Assembly (NCBI GenBank): GCA_009780675.1
Contig: WQZP01000005.1
Location: 33,082 to 97,081, forward strand
Source of the DNA: Spirochaetaceae bacterium
GTDB lineage: Bacteria > Spirochaetota > Spirochaetia > CADAEX01
DNA length: 64,000 nucleotides
Direction: 5' to 3'
A program made the translations under genes and the position numbers. This document shows, one piece after another, positions 62,817-64,000 of this stretch (position 1 is the first letter of the stretch; the number at the start of each line of letters is the position of its first letter). The notes below the pieces were generated by a model. The model was given only the letters and a program-made list of their open reading frames with translations. It had not been told where the DNA came from and did no database searches.

Positions 62817-64000
62817 TTAATCCAACAGACTTCTGTCAATAGCTTCATTTGCTGTATGCCTTGATCTTTCGTTAATCGATCTTAAAGTTTGTATGCTTGG
62901 GGTATCGCTACTTGTACCAGGAGCGATACTTGTATTAGGAGCGCTCCTTACTCCTGGATTAAGTAAATAGTTATCCTGAAGCCTTCTTATAAGTTCTGCG
63001 TCTCTTGCAGATCTGAATTCATGGATAGTGCAGAAACTTTTTGCTTCTGTTCCCGCAACAAAAAGCTCTGTTCTGAATCCTTGATTACAAAATTGAGAAG
63101 GCAGCATACCAGAAACAGAACAAACAGTTCGCTCTACAAGTCCGCTAGGCCGCCTAAAATCTATTGGAGGAAGATCTGGATTATTTATATGTATATCTCT
63201 CATAAATTGTGCCCAGACAGGACCTGCTGCCATTGCGCCAGTTTGATTAAGTCCTAATGAGTTTCCAGGCATATCAAATCCAAACCAGACTGCTGTTGTA
63301 ATATATGGAGAAAACCCTATTGTCCATGCATCTGACCAGTTTTGTGTTGTTCCGGTTTTCCCTGCAAAAGGCATTGGAAATCCCCCCACATGTCTGCGTC
63401 TGCCTGCAAGAGAACCAAAATCAACAGTACTTTTCAGCATATCAACCATAAGATAAGCTGCCTGGGGAGTCATGATTTGAAGCCTTTCTCCCTCTCTTCT
63501 TTGTCTTGCTATTAAATCCCTTTCAGGGTCAAGAATTATTTTTCCATTTCTATCTTCAATAAATCTTATTGCAATAGGGGTAACTTCTTTACCCTGATTG
63601 GGAAAAACCGCATACGCCTGCGCCATTCTCATTGGGTCAGTAGAAACAGTTCCAAGCGCCAGAGGATAATTGCGCGGAAACATTCTTGTTATTTCTTCGG
63701 GTGATCTTATTCCAAGAAGTCTTGCAGACCTGTTTATCGCAGCATCAAAACCTGCCATATCAAGTACATGTATAGACGGAATATTCAGGGAATGAGCCAT
63801 TGCATACCTTGCTGAAACAACGCCTCTCCATCTTCCCAAAAAGTTATTTGGAATATACTCGGTCCCATCTTCATTAATAAACACAACAGGTTTATCATGA
63901 AGCATTGTTGAAAGAGTTATTGTATTTGAAGAAAGAGCAGCAGAATAATATAATGGCTTAAAAGCCGACCCGGTCATAACTCTTGCCTGAGTAGCTCTGT
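62817..64000 (-). CDS. mrcA: Class A penicillin-binding protein 1A, transpeptidase part (5' truncated by window)
   Basis: Frame open to window edge; GSAFKP (SxxK), SLN, GKTGTT, CSVSG..C C-terminal motif. Confidence 0.9.
   Translation of the reverse strand, partial: RATQARVMTGSAFKPLYYSAALSSNTITLSTMLHDKPVVFINEDGTEYIPNNFLGRWRGVVSARYAMAHSLNIPSIHVLDMAGFDAAINRSARLLGIRSPEEITRMFPRNYPLALGTVSTDPMRMAQAYAVFPNQGKEVTPIAIRFIEDRNGKIILDPERDLIARQRREGERLQIMTPQAAYLMVDMLKSTVDFGSLAGRRRHVGGFPMPFAGKTGTTQNWSDAWTIGFSPYITTAVWFGFDMPGNSLGLNQTGAMAAGPVWAQFMRDIHINNPDLPPIDFRRPSGLVERTVCSVSGMLPSQFCNQGFRTELFVAGTEAKSFCTIHEFRSARDAELIRRLQDNYLLNPGVRSAPNTSIAPGTSSDTPSIQTLRSINERSRHTANEAIDRSLLD

Overview
AT-rich spirochaete chromosome segment (Treponema/Spirochaetales-like; gene order recalls Borrelia/Treponema core clusters). 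1-28.1 kb is core: uvrA (partial), lptD-like, phoH-ybeY-tlyC-TPR, gap-pgk-tpiA-secG-surA-like-nusB-TPR-map-htrA-PRTase, an OM beta-barrel plus beta-propeller-like lipoprotein, split purH, LCP-miaB-LapA-SPOR and a pallilysin-related lipoprotein. 28.3-58 kb is accessory: FIST protein, MacAB-TolC exporter, two paralogous exported TPR proteins, a fused CoA-activase, a diguanylate cyclase, an FMN-riboswitch rib operon with fissioned ribB/ribA, a higher-GC alpha-2-macroglobulin/PBP1C cassette and a pair of class III nucleotide-cyclase-like genes. The end holds carB with tandem ARG boxes, a LysM/M23-like gene, a minimal ParB-CTPase gene and PBP1A (partial). Best candidate for an undescribed system: the translationally coupled cyclase pair (56033-57984), whose catalytic residues are complementary, suggesting a receiver-controlled heterodimeric cyclase. 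Also notable: Lys-to-Arg replacement confined to exported proteins, an A11 tract between the domains of the LCP gene, and a ParB-like protein ending in an amphipathic helix behind PBP1A. All calls are from motif recognition by eye; no searches were run. No tRNA, rRNA, CRISPR or transposase was seen.
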